Below are positions 28,990-37,554 of a stretch of DNA of 64,000 bases, piece after piece. The DNA is from Alphaproteobacteria bacterium (lineage in GTDB: Bacteria; Pseudomonadota; Alphaproteobacteria; SP197). Location of the stretch: NCBI GenBank assembly GCA_965228895.1, contig OZ245842.1, forward strand, positions 2,080,001 through 2,144,000. Reading direction: 5' to 3'. Position 1 is the stretch's first letter. Every line of letters begins with the position of its first letter. The notes below the pieces were generated by a model that worked only from the letters and a program-made list of their open reading frames with translations, did not search any database and was not told where the DNA came from. Position numbers and translations under genes: made by a program.

Positions 28990-30219
28990 ATGAGGTCGCT
29001 TGCTGCAGTTGCATTGGCGATCGGTGTTCTCGCTCTCGGTCCAGTCCTGTCCGCCGGTTCGGTTTGGGCGTCTGACGGCGAGAGTCATCGCCATGGCGAT
29101 GACATTGACTTTGCCAGCCTTATGGCGCCAAGCCTTGGTTCTGACGACGACCACGGCGATTGGGTTACGACCGACTGGTACGCCGGCATGGTCGGCTTCG
29201 ACGATCCGGTGGTCGTCACCCGTTATGACCGAGGTTGGCGAGGCGAGACGGGGTTGACGCGCGTTGCGCTCGACCAGGTGTTTGTCGGCAATGTAAGCGC
29301 CACCAGCCAAGGCGGCGTCTTGCTGTACAAGATGGATGGCGCTTTTGATAAGTCGGCTGATCCGCTGGTTAGCTTGACCGCGACCGCCATGGCGAATGTT
29401 TCCGACATTGCCCTTTGCGAAGGCGACGTGTGCGGCGAGCGGACCGACGATGTGCAGGCGACGAACGTGCAGGCGACATCGGGCGATGCCTCGGCGTCGC
29501 CGTCTGTTGATTTCGCGCAGATGATGGCGCCCAGCCTGGGCTCTGGTTCTGGTTCGATGACCGCCTACATCCTGCTTGATTTGATCATTGCCTATGATGT
29601 CCGCACGTCCCAGGTTCTGGTCGGGCACGTGGATGCTTACGCCGCGGTTGATTCGGTCTTGGTGAGCCCAGCGGTTGAAAGCCCAGAGCCCGGTGATGTG
29701 GTGCCGGAGGTCAAGGTTGCCGCGACGGCCGTTGGCAATGTGGGAACACTGGAAAGCGACGTTGGCGTGCGAGGCGAGAGCGTGCAGATCGTCGTTGGCG
29801 CGATCCTGCCGCCGGAAGAACCAGTGGTTGATGAGCCGGTGGTGCAAGCGGCTCTGGACGTCCCAAGCGAGAATGCCGACCCGCTGTCAGGCGTGCTGTC
29901 AGGTCTGGTCAGTGACGACCACATTGAGAAAGCCCAGATCACTGCTGAGGCTTCCGTTGGTTCGTTGGCCGGCGTCTTCACCGATGTCAGCGCTACAGCG
30001 CTCGCCAACCTGCATGTAACCCATATTGACGTCACCGACGTTGGTGACGTCAGCACAATTGACGTTGACCAACTCGCCTATGCCGACGCAATGGCCATCG
30101 TCCATCTCGAAGAGATCGCGCTTGAGCACACGCCCGGTCTGCGTGCGGCGGCGACGGCGCTGGGCAACATCAGAAATGTTGTCATCAGCATGGCCGACGG
30201 AATCGAAACTGGTTTCTAA
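28990..30219 (+). CDS. Secreted Val/Ala/Asp-rich protein with ATAxxN repeats (holdfast-anchor/beta-solenoid-like)
   Basis: Sec signal (VWA-S), four ATA[MVL][AG]N motifs, an internal duplication DFAxxMAPSLGS and its own terminator. Confidence 0.6.
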   Translation: MRSLAAVALAIGVLALGPVLSAGSVWASDGESHRHGDDIDFASLMAPSLGSDDDHGDWVTTDWYAGMVGFDDPVVVTRYDRGWRGETGLTRVALDQVFVGNVSATSQGGVLLYKMDGAFDKSADPLVSLTATAMANVSDIALCEGDVCGERTDDVQATNVQATSGDASASPSVDFAQMMAPSLGSGSGSMTAYILLDLIIAYDVRTSQVLVGHVDAYAAVDSVLVSPAVESPEPGDVVPEVKVAATAVGNVGTLESDVGVRGESVQIVVGAILPPEEPVVDEPVVQAALDVPSENADPLSGVLSGLVSDDHIEKAQITAEASVGSLAGVFTDVSATALANLHVTHIDVTDVGDVSTIDVDQLAYADAMAIVHLEEIALEHTPGLRAAATALGNIRNVVISMADGIETGF

Positions 30220-30245
30220 GAGCGGTCTAGAACCCGCGACCAAGT

Positions 30246-30271
30246 AAGGGTGCCTGGCGGCGCCCTTTTTT
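30246..30271 (+). terminator. Rho-independent terminator
   Basis: AAGGGTGCC-TGGC-GGCGCCCTT followed by a T run. Confidence 0.75.
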
Positions 30272-30413
30272 GTGTTATCGCTGCTTGTTGCATTCGGCGC
30301 GCGATTTGGCGTGCAACCATTGCCACGATGTGATGAATACGCCAGCGGCCAAGCGTTGGCCGTGTGGCGGAAAACTCAATGGCCTGGTCGTGACGCAACA
30401 CGCCGATTATCCC

Positions 30414-30908
30414 ATGCCCATCCTGATCGGCCTGGGCGCCAACCTGGACTCACGTCACGGTTCGCCGCGCGAGACCATCGAGCTTGCCTTGGCGAGCCTT
30501 CAAGATGCTGGTGTCACCGTGGTCGCCGTGGCGCCGATGTATGAGAGCGCGCCGGTGCCGGCGAGCGATCAGCCCTGGTTCGTCAACACCGTCGCTGTGC
30601 TCGAGACGGATAGGACGCCGGAAAACCTGCTCGATCTGCTCCATGTGACGGAGCAGGCGTTCGGCCGCGAACGGCGCGAACGCTGGGAGGCACGGGTGCT
30701 GGATATCGATCTTTTGGACTATCGCGGCCAGGTCAGTCCGACGGGATGTCCCATTTTGCCACACCCGCGCATGGCCGAGCGCGCCTTTGTGTTGCTGCCG
30801 CTGCGCTGCCTGGTGCCCAAATGGCGGCACCCGGTGACCGGAACGTCGATCGACGCGCTGGTCGCGGCCTTGCCGGCGGACCAGGAGATCCGGCCCCAGG
30901 AGCCTTGA
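30414..30908 (+). CDS. folK: 2-amino-4-hydroxy-6-hydroxymethyldihydropteridine diphosphokinase
   Basis: IGLGANL, QPWFVN, RVLDIDLL and LPHPRMAERAFVLLPL. Confidence 0.95.
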   Translation: MPILIGLGANLDSRHGSPRETIELALASLQDAGVTVVAVAPMYESAPVPASDQPWFVNTVAVLETDRTPENLLDLLHVTEQAFGRERRERWEARVLDIDLLDYRGQVSPTGCPILPHPRMAERAFVLLPLRCLVPKWRHPVTGTSIDALVAALPADQEIRPQEP

Positions 30909-30997
30909 GGCCAAGCCTGACAGGGCTTGCCACCACCCTTGCATAAGGCTATGACCACGGCCACATAGAACGGATTGTTGACAGGAAAGAATGAACC

Positions 30998-31387
30998 ATG
31001 GCGCGTCTTACCGTTGAAGACTGTATCGACCGGATTCCCAACCGTTTTGAGCTGGTGATGCTGGCCGCGCAGCGTGCCCGCGAGCTCGGCGCCGGGGCGC
31101 CGATGACGGTCGACCGCGATAACGACAAAAACCCGGTCGTGGCGCTGCGTGAAATCGCCGACGATACGGTTGAGCTGGATGGTCTGCGCCGCAAGCTCGT
31201 TTATGGCGGTGAACCCCAGCATGACGATGATGATCTTGAAGGCGACCTTGGTCTGGGCGATGAGGTCGGCCTGTCGGGCGATGCGGTCGCCGCCGCTGCC
31301 GCTGCGGCATTGGCCGGTCTTGGCGCTGAAGTGGTCGACGAGACGGCGGTTGAAGAGGCGGCCCCGACCGACGAGAACCAAGCCTGA
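30998..31387 (+). CDS. rpoZ: RNA polymerase omega subunit
   Basis: [23 protein letters not shown] and [12 protein letters not shown]. Confidence 0.97.
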   Translation: MARLTVEDCIDRIPNRFELVMLAAQRARELGAGAPMTVDRDNDKNPVVALREIADDTVELDGLRRKLVYGGEPQHDDDDLEGDLGLGDEVGLSGDAVAAAAAAALAGLGAEVVDETAVEEAAPTDENQA

Positions 31388-31467
31388 GCTTTATGATCTC
31401 ATCGCGTGGTGCCCGCGCCTTGCGGGTGTAGACTGGCGAAGCAGTCAAAGCGCGCTAGAACAACAAC

Positions 31468-33615
31468 ATGCTTCGCCAATACGAACTGGTCGAGAAGGTA
31501 AGGGACTACGACACGTCCGCCGATGAGGACGCGCTGAACCGCGCCTATGTCTTCTCGATGATGGCCCACGGCCATCAGACCCGTGAATCCGGCGATCCCT
31601 ACTTCTCGCACCCCGTGGAAGTCGCGGGCATTCTGGCCGATATGCGCCTGGATGGTGCCTCGATCATCACCGGCCTGTTGCATGACACGGTCGAGGATAC
31701 CGATGCCACGCTGGAGGGCATCGAAGATCAGTTCGGACAGGAGGTCGGCCGCCTTGTCGACGGCGTCACCAAGCTGTCGCGCCTGGAGCTTCAATCGGAA
31801 AACACGAAGCAGGCCGAAAACTTCCGCAAGTTGCTGCTGGCGATGTCGGAAGACATCCGGGTCTTGTTGGTCAAACTGGCCGACCGGCTGCACAACATGC
31901 GTACCCTCCATCATGTGGCCAAGCCGGAAAAACGCGTGCGCACCGCCAGCGAGACTATGGAGATCTATGCGCCGCTGGCCGAGCGGATCGGCATGCAGGC
32001 GCTTAAGGACGAGCTAGAGGACCTGGCTTTCGTCGAACTCAACCCGACCGCACGCGCGTCGGTGGTCGAGCGGCTGCGCTACCTGCGCGAAGAAGGCGGG
32101 GATATGATCACCCGCATTGTCGAGCGCCTGGAACAGACGCTGTCTGAAGCCGGTATCGAGGCCGAGGTGATCGGGCGGGAAAAGCGGCCCTATTCGATTT
32201 GGCGCACCATGCAGCGCAAGAATGTCGGCTTCGAGCAGCTGTCGGACATCGTCGCGTTCCGGGTTGTCGTCGACACCGTCCCGCGCTGTTATGAGACCCT
32301 TGGTGTCGTCCACGGCACCTGGCCGACGGTGCCAGGCCGTTTCAAGGACTACATCTCGACACCCAAGCCGAACGGCTATCGCTCGATTCACACGACCGTT
32401 TATGGGCCCGAACATCAGCGCCTGGAAATCCAGATCCGGACCCGCGAAATGCACGAAATCGCCGAGTTCGGGGTTGCCGCGCACTGGAGCTATAAATCCG
32501 GCGACCCGACATCGGCGGTTCGCGATGGACGCCAGTACCGCTGGGTCCGCGAGCTGTTGGAAATCCTGGAGCATGCGGCTGGCCCCGAGGAGTTCCTGGA
32601 GCACACCAAGCTCGAGATGTTCCAGGATCAGGTTTTCTGCTTTTCACCGCGCGGCGACATCATCGCGCTGCCGCGCGGCGCGACACCCGTCGATTTTGCC
32701 TATGCCGTGCACACGGATGTCGGCGACACCTGTGTTGGCGCCAAAATTAACGGACAAATCAAACCGTTACGGACAATTCTTGAGAATGGAGATCAGGTTG
32801 AGATCGTGCGCTCCAACGTCGCCGCACCGAGCCCGACCTGGGAACAGTTTGTCGTAACCGGCAAGGCACGCAGCCGCATTCGGCGCTTTGTGCGGGGCAA
32901 GGAGCGAGACGAGTACATTCAGCTCGGCAAGGCGATCGTCGAGCGCGCGTTTGTCCAGGCCGGCTTTGACGCAACGCGCAAGGCCATTCGGCGCGCCTGC
33001 GAGGTGTTGGGCCAAAAGACCCCTGACGATCTTTATGCCGCGGTCGGCGATGGCGGTATCTCCGGCTCTGCGGCGGTTGGCGCGGTTTACCCGGAAGCTG
33101 TCGATGGCAAACCCGCAAAAGGCAAGGCGCGGGGCAAGAAAGGCAAGGGCTCTGCGGGCGACCACGCGATCCCGATCCGCGGCCTGATCCCCGGCATGGC
33201 GGTCCATTTCGCCAATTGCTGCCACCCGCTGCCGGGGGACCGCATTGTCGGCATTGTGACCACCGGCAAGGGCGTCACGATCCACACCATCGATTGCGAC
33301 ATGCTGCAGCAGTTCGAGGCGACGCCGGAACGCTGGATCGATGTCGCCTGGACGGTTGACGGCGAGACCGCCGAGCTGCACGTGGGTCGCATTCACGTCA
33401 CGGTTTCCAACGAACCGGGCACGCTAGGGACCATGTCGACCCTGATTGCCCGCAACAACGGCAATATCTCGAACCTCAAGATCACCAACCGGTCGACCGA
33501 CTTTTTCGACATGGTCATCGATGTTGAGGTCAGGGACGTAAAACACCTGACCAACGTTATTGCCGCGCTCAGAGCCAACCCCAGCGTCAACTCCGTCGAG
33601 CGGTCCAGACTGTGA
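31468..33615 (+). CDS. spoT: Bifunctional (p)ppGpp synthetase/hydrolase (RelA/SpoT homolog)
   Basis: HD domain (LLHDTVED, KLADRLHNMRT), RFKDYISTPKPNGY, TGS (DFAYAVHT), CCHPLPGD and a C-terminal ACT domain. Confidence 0.96.
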   Translation: MLRQYELVEKVRDYDTSADEDALNRAYVFSMMAHGHQTRESGDPYFSHPVEVAGILADMRLDGASIITGLLHDTVEDTDATLEGIEDQFGQEVGRLVDGVTKLSRLELQSENTKQAENFRKLLLAMSEDIRVLLVKLADRLHNMRTLHHVAKPEKRVRTASETMEIYAPLAERIGMQALKDELEDLAFVELNPTARASVVERLRYLREEGGDMITRIVERLEQTLSEAGIEAEVIGREKRPYSIWRTMQRKNVGFEQLSDIVAFRVVVDTVPRCYETLGVVHGTWPTVPGRFKDYISTPKPNGYRSIHTTVYGPEHQRLEIQIRTREMHEIAEFGVAAHWSYKSGDPTSAVRDGRQYRWVRELLEILEHAAGPEEFLEHTKLEMFQDQVFCFSPRGDIIALPRGATPVDFAYAVHTDVGDTCVGAKINGQIKPLRTILENGDQVEIVRSNVAAPSPTWEQFVVTGKARSRIRRFVRGKERDEYIQLGKAIVERAFVQAGFDATRKAIRRACEVLGQKTPDDLYAAVGDGGISGSAAVGAVYPEAVDGKPAKGKARGKKGKGSAGDHAIPIRGLIPGMAVHFANCCHPLPGDRIVGIVTTGKGVTIHTIDCDMLQQFEATPERWIDVAWTVDGETAELHVGRIHVTVSNEPGTLGTMSTLIARNNGNISNLKITNRSTDFFDMVIDVEVRDVKHLTNVIAALRANPSVNSVERSRL

Positions 33616-33750
33616 CGCCAGGGTTCCCGCCGGACCGGCCATCGGCTATATGCAGGCTCTTGCCGTGAAATCCGAATTGTTTGGAGTGTGTGCCATGGCC
33701 CGCAGGCGGCGCCCAGTGCAGGTTAACCACACCGGATCAGGCCAACCGGC

Positions 33751-34170
33751 ATGATTCTGGGCCTTGGTCTCGACATCATCGACATTCGGCGCATCGAAAA
33801 CACGCTGGAGCGCTTCGGTGATCGCTTCACCCATCGGATCTTTACCGAAATCGAGCGCAGCAAGGCCGATCGGCGTCGCATGCGCGCGGCGACCTATGCC
33901 AAGCGGTTCGCCGCCAAGGAGGCTTGCTCCAAGGCCCTGGGTACCGGCTTTCGCCGCGGCGTTTTTTGGCGCGATCTGCAGGTAACCAACCTGCCGAGCG
34001 GCAAGCCGACCATGAAGCTGACCGGCGGCGCCGCCATACGCCTGGAAGAGTTGTTGCCCGACGGCATGACCGCTGTCATCGATCTCTCCATGACCGACGA
34101 TCACCCTTTGGCGCAGGCCATGGTGATCATTTCCGCCATTCCGCAGTCCGGGAACTCCCTTGATGCCTGA
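33751..34170 (+). CDS. acpS: Holo-ACP synthase
   Basis: [24 protein letters not shown] and GKP. Confidence 0.96.
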   Translation: MILGLGLDIIDIRRIENTLERFGDRFTHRIFTEIERSKADRRRMRAATYAKRFAAKEACSKALGTGFRRGVFWRDLQVTNLPSGKPTMKLTGGAAIRLEELLPDGMTAVIDLSMTDDHPLAQAMVIISAIPQSGNSLDA

Positions 34171-34945
34171 CGTCGATAAATCCGCCGAAGTGGCCAAGGC
34201 CGAGGCGGCCAAGAAGAAGGATGGCGGCTGGTTCGAGCTGATCCGCACCGTCTTTTACGCGGTGCTGATCGCTCTCGTGGTCCGTACCTTTGCCTATGAA
34301 CCCTTCAACATTCCGTCGGGGTCAATGAAGCCAACCTTGCTGATTGGCGACTATCTCTTCGTTTCGAAGTTCGCCTATGGCTACAGCAAGTATTCGTTGC
34401 CGACCTTCGGCGTCGACCTGTTCGACGGGCGCATCTTCGGATCGGACCCGGAGCGCGGCGACGTCGCGGTGTTCCGCAAGCCGACCGAGCCGGATATCGA
34501 CTTCATCAAGCGGATCGTCGGGTTGCCCGGCGATCGTATCCAGATGATCGGCGGTGTCCTCCATATCAATGATCAACCGGTCGAACTGACCGCCGATGGT
34601 ATATTCGTCGACGACATGTGCTCGCGTACCCGCGAAGTCCCGCAACTCATCGAGACCCTGCCCAACGGTGTCAGCCACCTGATTCTGAACGAGATCGATG
34701 GCCACTATCTCGATAACACCGACGTCTATCTGGTGCCCGATGGGCACTACTTCGCCATGGGCGACAACCGCGATCAATCGTCGGATAGCCGCGTGACCAA
34801 CAGCGTCGGTTTTGTGCCTGCCGAGAACCTGATCGGCCGCGCGGAGATCATCTTCTTCTCCGCCGATACCTGCGGCAGCCTGTACAATCCGCTGACCTGG
34901 CCAAGCTCGATCCGGTGGAGCCGGCTTTTCATGTCGATCGAATGA
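34163..34945 (+). CDS. lepB: Signal peptidase I
   Basis: [21 protein letters not shown] and [11 protein letters not shown]. Confidence 0.96.
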   Translation: MPDVDKSAEVAKAEAAKKKDGGWFELIRTVFYAVLIALVVRTFAYEPFNIPSGSMKPTLLIGDYLFVSKFAYGYSKYSLPTFGVDLFDGRIFGSDPERGDVAVFRKPTEPDIDFIKRIVGLPGDRIQMIGGVLHINDQPVELTADGIFVDDMCSRTREVPQLIETLPNGVSHLILNEIDGHYLDNTDVYLVPDGHYFAMGDNRDQSSDSRVTNSVGFVPAENLIGRAEIIFFSADTCGSLYNPLTWPSSIRWSRLFMSIE

Positions 34946-35640
34946 CCGGCGAGCCGGGCCTCGATCGGCTTCAGGAGATCCTGGGTCACCAATTCGGCGA
35001 CGATGAACTTGCCCGTCAGGCGCTGACCCATCGCAGCACGGCAGCAGGTCGCCTGGGACATGGCTACGAACGGCTCGAATTTCTGGGCGACCGGGTCCTC
35101 GGCGTCGTGGTCGCGCACATGCTCTACGACCGCTTCCCCGATGAACCGGAAGGCAAACTGTCCGTTCGTCAGGCCTCGCTCGTACGCAAAGAAACCCTGG
35201 CGGAGGTTGCGCGGGAACTCGGTCTGGGCGACTTCATCAACCTGTCGGCCGGCGAGGACGAGAGCGGGACGCGCGATAGCGCATCGGTTCTGGCCGACGT
35301 GACCGAGGCGTTGATCGGCGCTCTTTATCTGGACGGCGGTCTTAAGGCGGCGTCCGACTTTATCCGCCGCTGTTGGGACGCACGCATGCAGGCGCAGACG
35401 ACGCCGCCGCGTGACGCCAAGACCAGGCTCCAGGAATGGGCTCTGGGCCGCGGGCTGCCTCTGCCGTCCTACCGTATGGTGTCCCAGGAGGGACCGGCGC
35501 ACGAACCGGAGATCACGGTTGAATTGACCGTGAAAGGCCAAGCTGCCGTTGTGGCGACCGGCGGCTCCAAGCGGGCCGCGCAACAACAGGCGGCCGAGGA
35601 TCTGCTTAACCGACTTGGTGAAGCCGGAGACGGCGCATGA
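34942..35640 (+). CDS. rnc: Ribonuclease III
   Basis: ALTHRS, ERLEFLGD, EALIGALYLDGG and the dsRBD KTRLQEW. Confidence 0.97.
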   Translation: MTGEPGLDRLQEILGHQFGDDELARQALTHRSTAAGRLGHGYERLEFLGDRVLGVVVAHMLYDRFPDEPEGKLSVRQASLVRKETLAEVARELGLGDFINLSAGEDESGTRDSASVLADVTEALIGALYLDGGLKAASDFIRRCWDARMQAQTTPPRDAKTRLQEWALGRGLPLPSYRMVSQEGPAHEPEITVELTVKGQAAVVATGGSKRAAQQQAAEDLLNRLGEAGDGA

Positions 35641-36545
35641 ACGCCGACGCCACGTCCTGTGGTTTCGTCGCTCTGCTGGGCGCGCCCAATGCCGGCAAAT
35701 CGACCCTGCTGAACGCCATGGTCGGCGCCAAGGTCTCGATCGTGACGCCGAAGGTGCAGACGACGCGGACGCGGATTACCGGTATCCGCATCGTTGACGC
35801 GACCCAGGTGATCTTCGTCGATACGCCCGGCATCTTCGCGCCCAAACGGCGCCTGGAGCGGGCCATGGTCGAGGCGGCATGGGCCGGGCTGGAGGGCGCC
35901 GATGTCGCGGTCCTGCTGATCGACGCGACCCACGGCGTCGACAAGAACACCCGGCGCATCCTCGACCGCCTTGCGGAGAAAAAACGGCCTGTTGTTGTCG
36001 CGCTCAACAAGGTCGACCGGGTCGCCAAGCACAACCTGTTGCCGCTGGCCGCCGCGATCAACGAGGCCGGCCAGGCCGACGAGATCTTCATGATTTCGGC
36101 GCTTAACGGCGACGGCGTCGAGGAGCTGCTGCGTTATGTCGCCGAAAGCATGCCGCCGGGGCCGTGGCTTTATCCCGAAGACCAGATCTCTGATGTACCC
36201 ATGCGCATGATGGCGGCCGAGATCACACGCGAGAAGCTGTTCCTGGCGCTCCATCAAGAGCTGCCCTATGGCCTTTCGGTCGAGACCGAGATGTGGACCG
36301 AGATCGACGAGGAAGACGCGGTCAGGATCGACCAGATCATCTACGTCGCCAAGGACGGTCACAAACCCATCGTGCTCGGCAAGGGCGGCCAGATGCTGAA
36401 ACGCATTGGCACGACCGCGCGCAAGGAACTGGAAGCCATTCTGGGCTGCCGGGTGCACCTCTTCCTGCACGTCAAGGTGCGGCCCAATTGGCTGGATGAA
36501 CCGGCCCGCTATCGCGAGATGGGTCTGGAGTTTCCGCGCCAATGA
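35637..36545 (+). CDS. era: GTPase Era
   Basis: GAPNAGKSTL, QTTR, DTPG, NKVD and a KH domain (VLGKGG). Confidence 0.97.
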   Translation: MNADATSCGFVALLGAPNAGKSTLLNAMVGAKVSIVTPKVQTTRTRITGIRIVDATQVIFVDTPGIFAPKRRLERAMVEAAWAGLEGADVAVLLIDATHGVDKNTRRILDRLAEKKRPVVVALNKVDRVAKHNLLPLAAAINEAGQADEIFMISALNGDGVEELLRYVAESMPPGPWLYPEDQISDVPMRMMAAEITREKLFLALHQELPYGLSVETEMWTEIDEEDAVRIDQIIYVAKDGHKPIVLGKGGQMLKRIGTTARKELEAILGCRVHLFLHVKVRPNWLDEPARYREMGLEFPRQ

Positions 36546-36585
36546 CAGCGTGGCGTTGGATCAATCCCCGCTCACGCGGAAACGG

Positions 36586-36658
36586 CGCTGGCCCGCGCCC
36601 CCTCCTGGCCACCCCGAGGATGCTGCCATGGGTGGCCGGGAGGGGGCGTGGGCCGGTG
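36586..36658 (+). other. 29-bp GC-rich stem-loop in the era-recO intergenic region
   Basis: 36586-36614 pairs continuously with 36630-36658; the four non-Watson-Crick pairs are all G-U on the + strand. Confidence 0.7.
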
Positions 36659-36692
36659 ATGCCGACGAAACCGAGAACGCGCTAGACAGCCT

Positions 36693-37439
36693 ATGCAGTG
36701 GTCCGACGAGGGTTATGTGCTCAACGCCTGCCGCCACGGTGAAACGAGTGCCATCGTCAGCCTGCTGACCCGCGAACACGGCCGCCATCCCGGACTGGTG
36801 CGTGGCGGCGCGGGCCGCAAGTCGCGCGGCATGCTGCAGCCCGGCAACCGCGTCGAGGCCCGTTGGCGCGGCCGGCTTGAAGAACATCTGGGCACCTACA
36901 CGATGGAACTGGCGACAGCCCAAGGATCAGTGCTGCTGGACGATGCCGATCGTCTGGCCTGTCTGGCCTCGGCGTGTGCGGTCGTCGAACAGACCTTGCC
37001 CGAGCGCCATCCCTATCCGGCGGTCTATGAAGCTTTCGGCGCCTTGCTCGACGCGTTGTCGGCGGACAACGAGATCTGGAGTCCGATCTATGTCCGCTGG
37101 GAACTCGGGCTCCTGGAGCAACTGGGGTTTGGTCTTGATCTCTCGTCTTGCGCGGCAACCGGCGCGACCGATGATCTTATCTACGTCTCGCCAAAGTCAG
37201 GGCGCGCGGTCTCGGCCGCTGCCGGCGAAAGCTATAAGGCGCGTCTGTTGCCGCTGCCGGCATTTCTGACTGGTTCCGGCAACGCTAATGCCGATGATGT
37301 GCTTGCCGGACTGGCCTTGACCGGCCACTTTCTGGAGCGTCACCTGCTTGCTCACGACGCCACCGGGATCGCGCCGGCGCGTGAGCGATTTCTCCATCGC
37401 TTGGCTCGCAAAGAGCCCGATCGGCCCTCATCCAGGTGA
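36693..37439 (+). CDS. recO: DNA repair protein RecO
   Basis: HGETSAIV, GLVRGG, LQPGN, LGFGLDLSSCAATG and YVSPKSGRAVS. Confidence 0.95.
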   Translation: MQWSDEGYVLNACRHGETSAIVSLLTREHGRHPGLVRGGAGRKSRGMLQPGNRVEARWRGRLEEHLGTYTMELATAQGSVLLDDADRLACLASACAVVEQTLPERHPYPAVYEAFGALLDALSADNEIWSPIYVRWELGLLEQLGFGLDLSSCAATGATDDLIYVSPKSGRAVSAAAGESYKARLLPLPAFLTGSGNANADDVLAGLALTGHFLERHLLAHDATGIAPARERFLHRLARKEPDRPSSR

Positions 37440-37472
37440 TGAGGGCCGTGAATCGATCTCGCGTTACTAAAG

Positions 37473-37525
37473 AAGAGCAAGATTCACGCTTCTGATTGGA
37501 TTCAATCAACAGCGATCTTGCTCTT
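37473..37525. repeat. Palindromic intergenic element, AGAGC...GCTCT family (copy D), upstream of parC
   Basis: AAGAGCAAGATTCAC...TGATTG-GATT-CAATCA...GATCTTGCTCTT with two GANTC sites. Confidence 0.6.
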
Positions 37526-37554
37526 TCCACAATATCTGGTGGTATAACCCGCGT

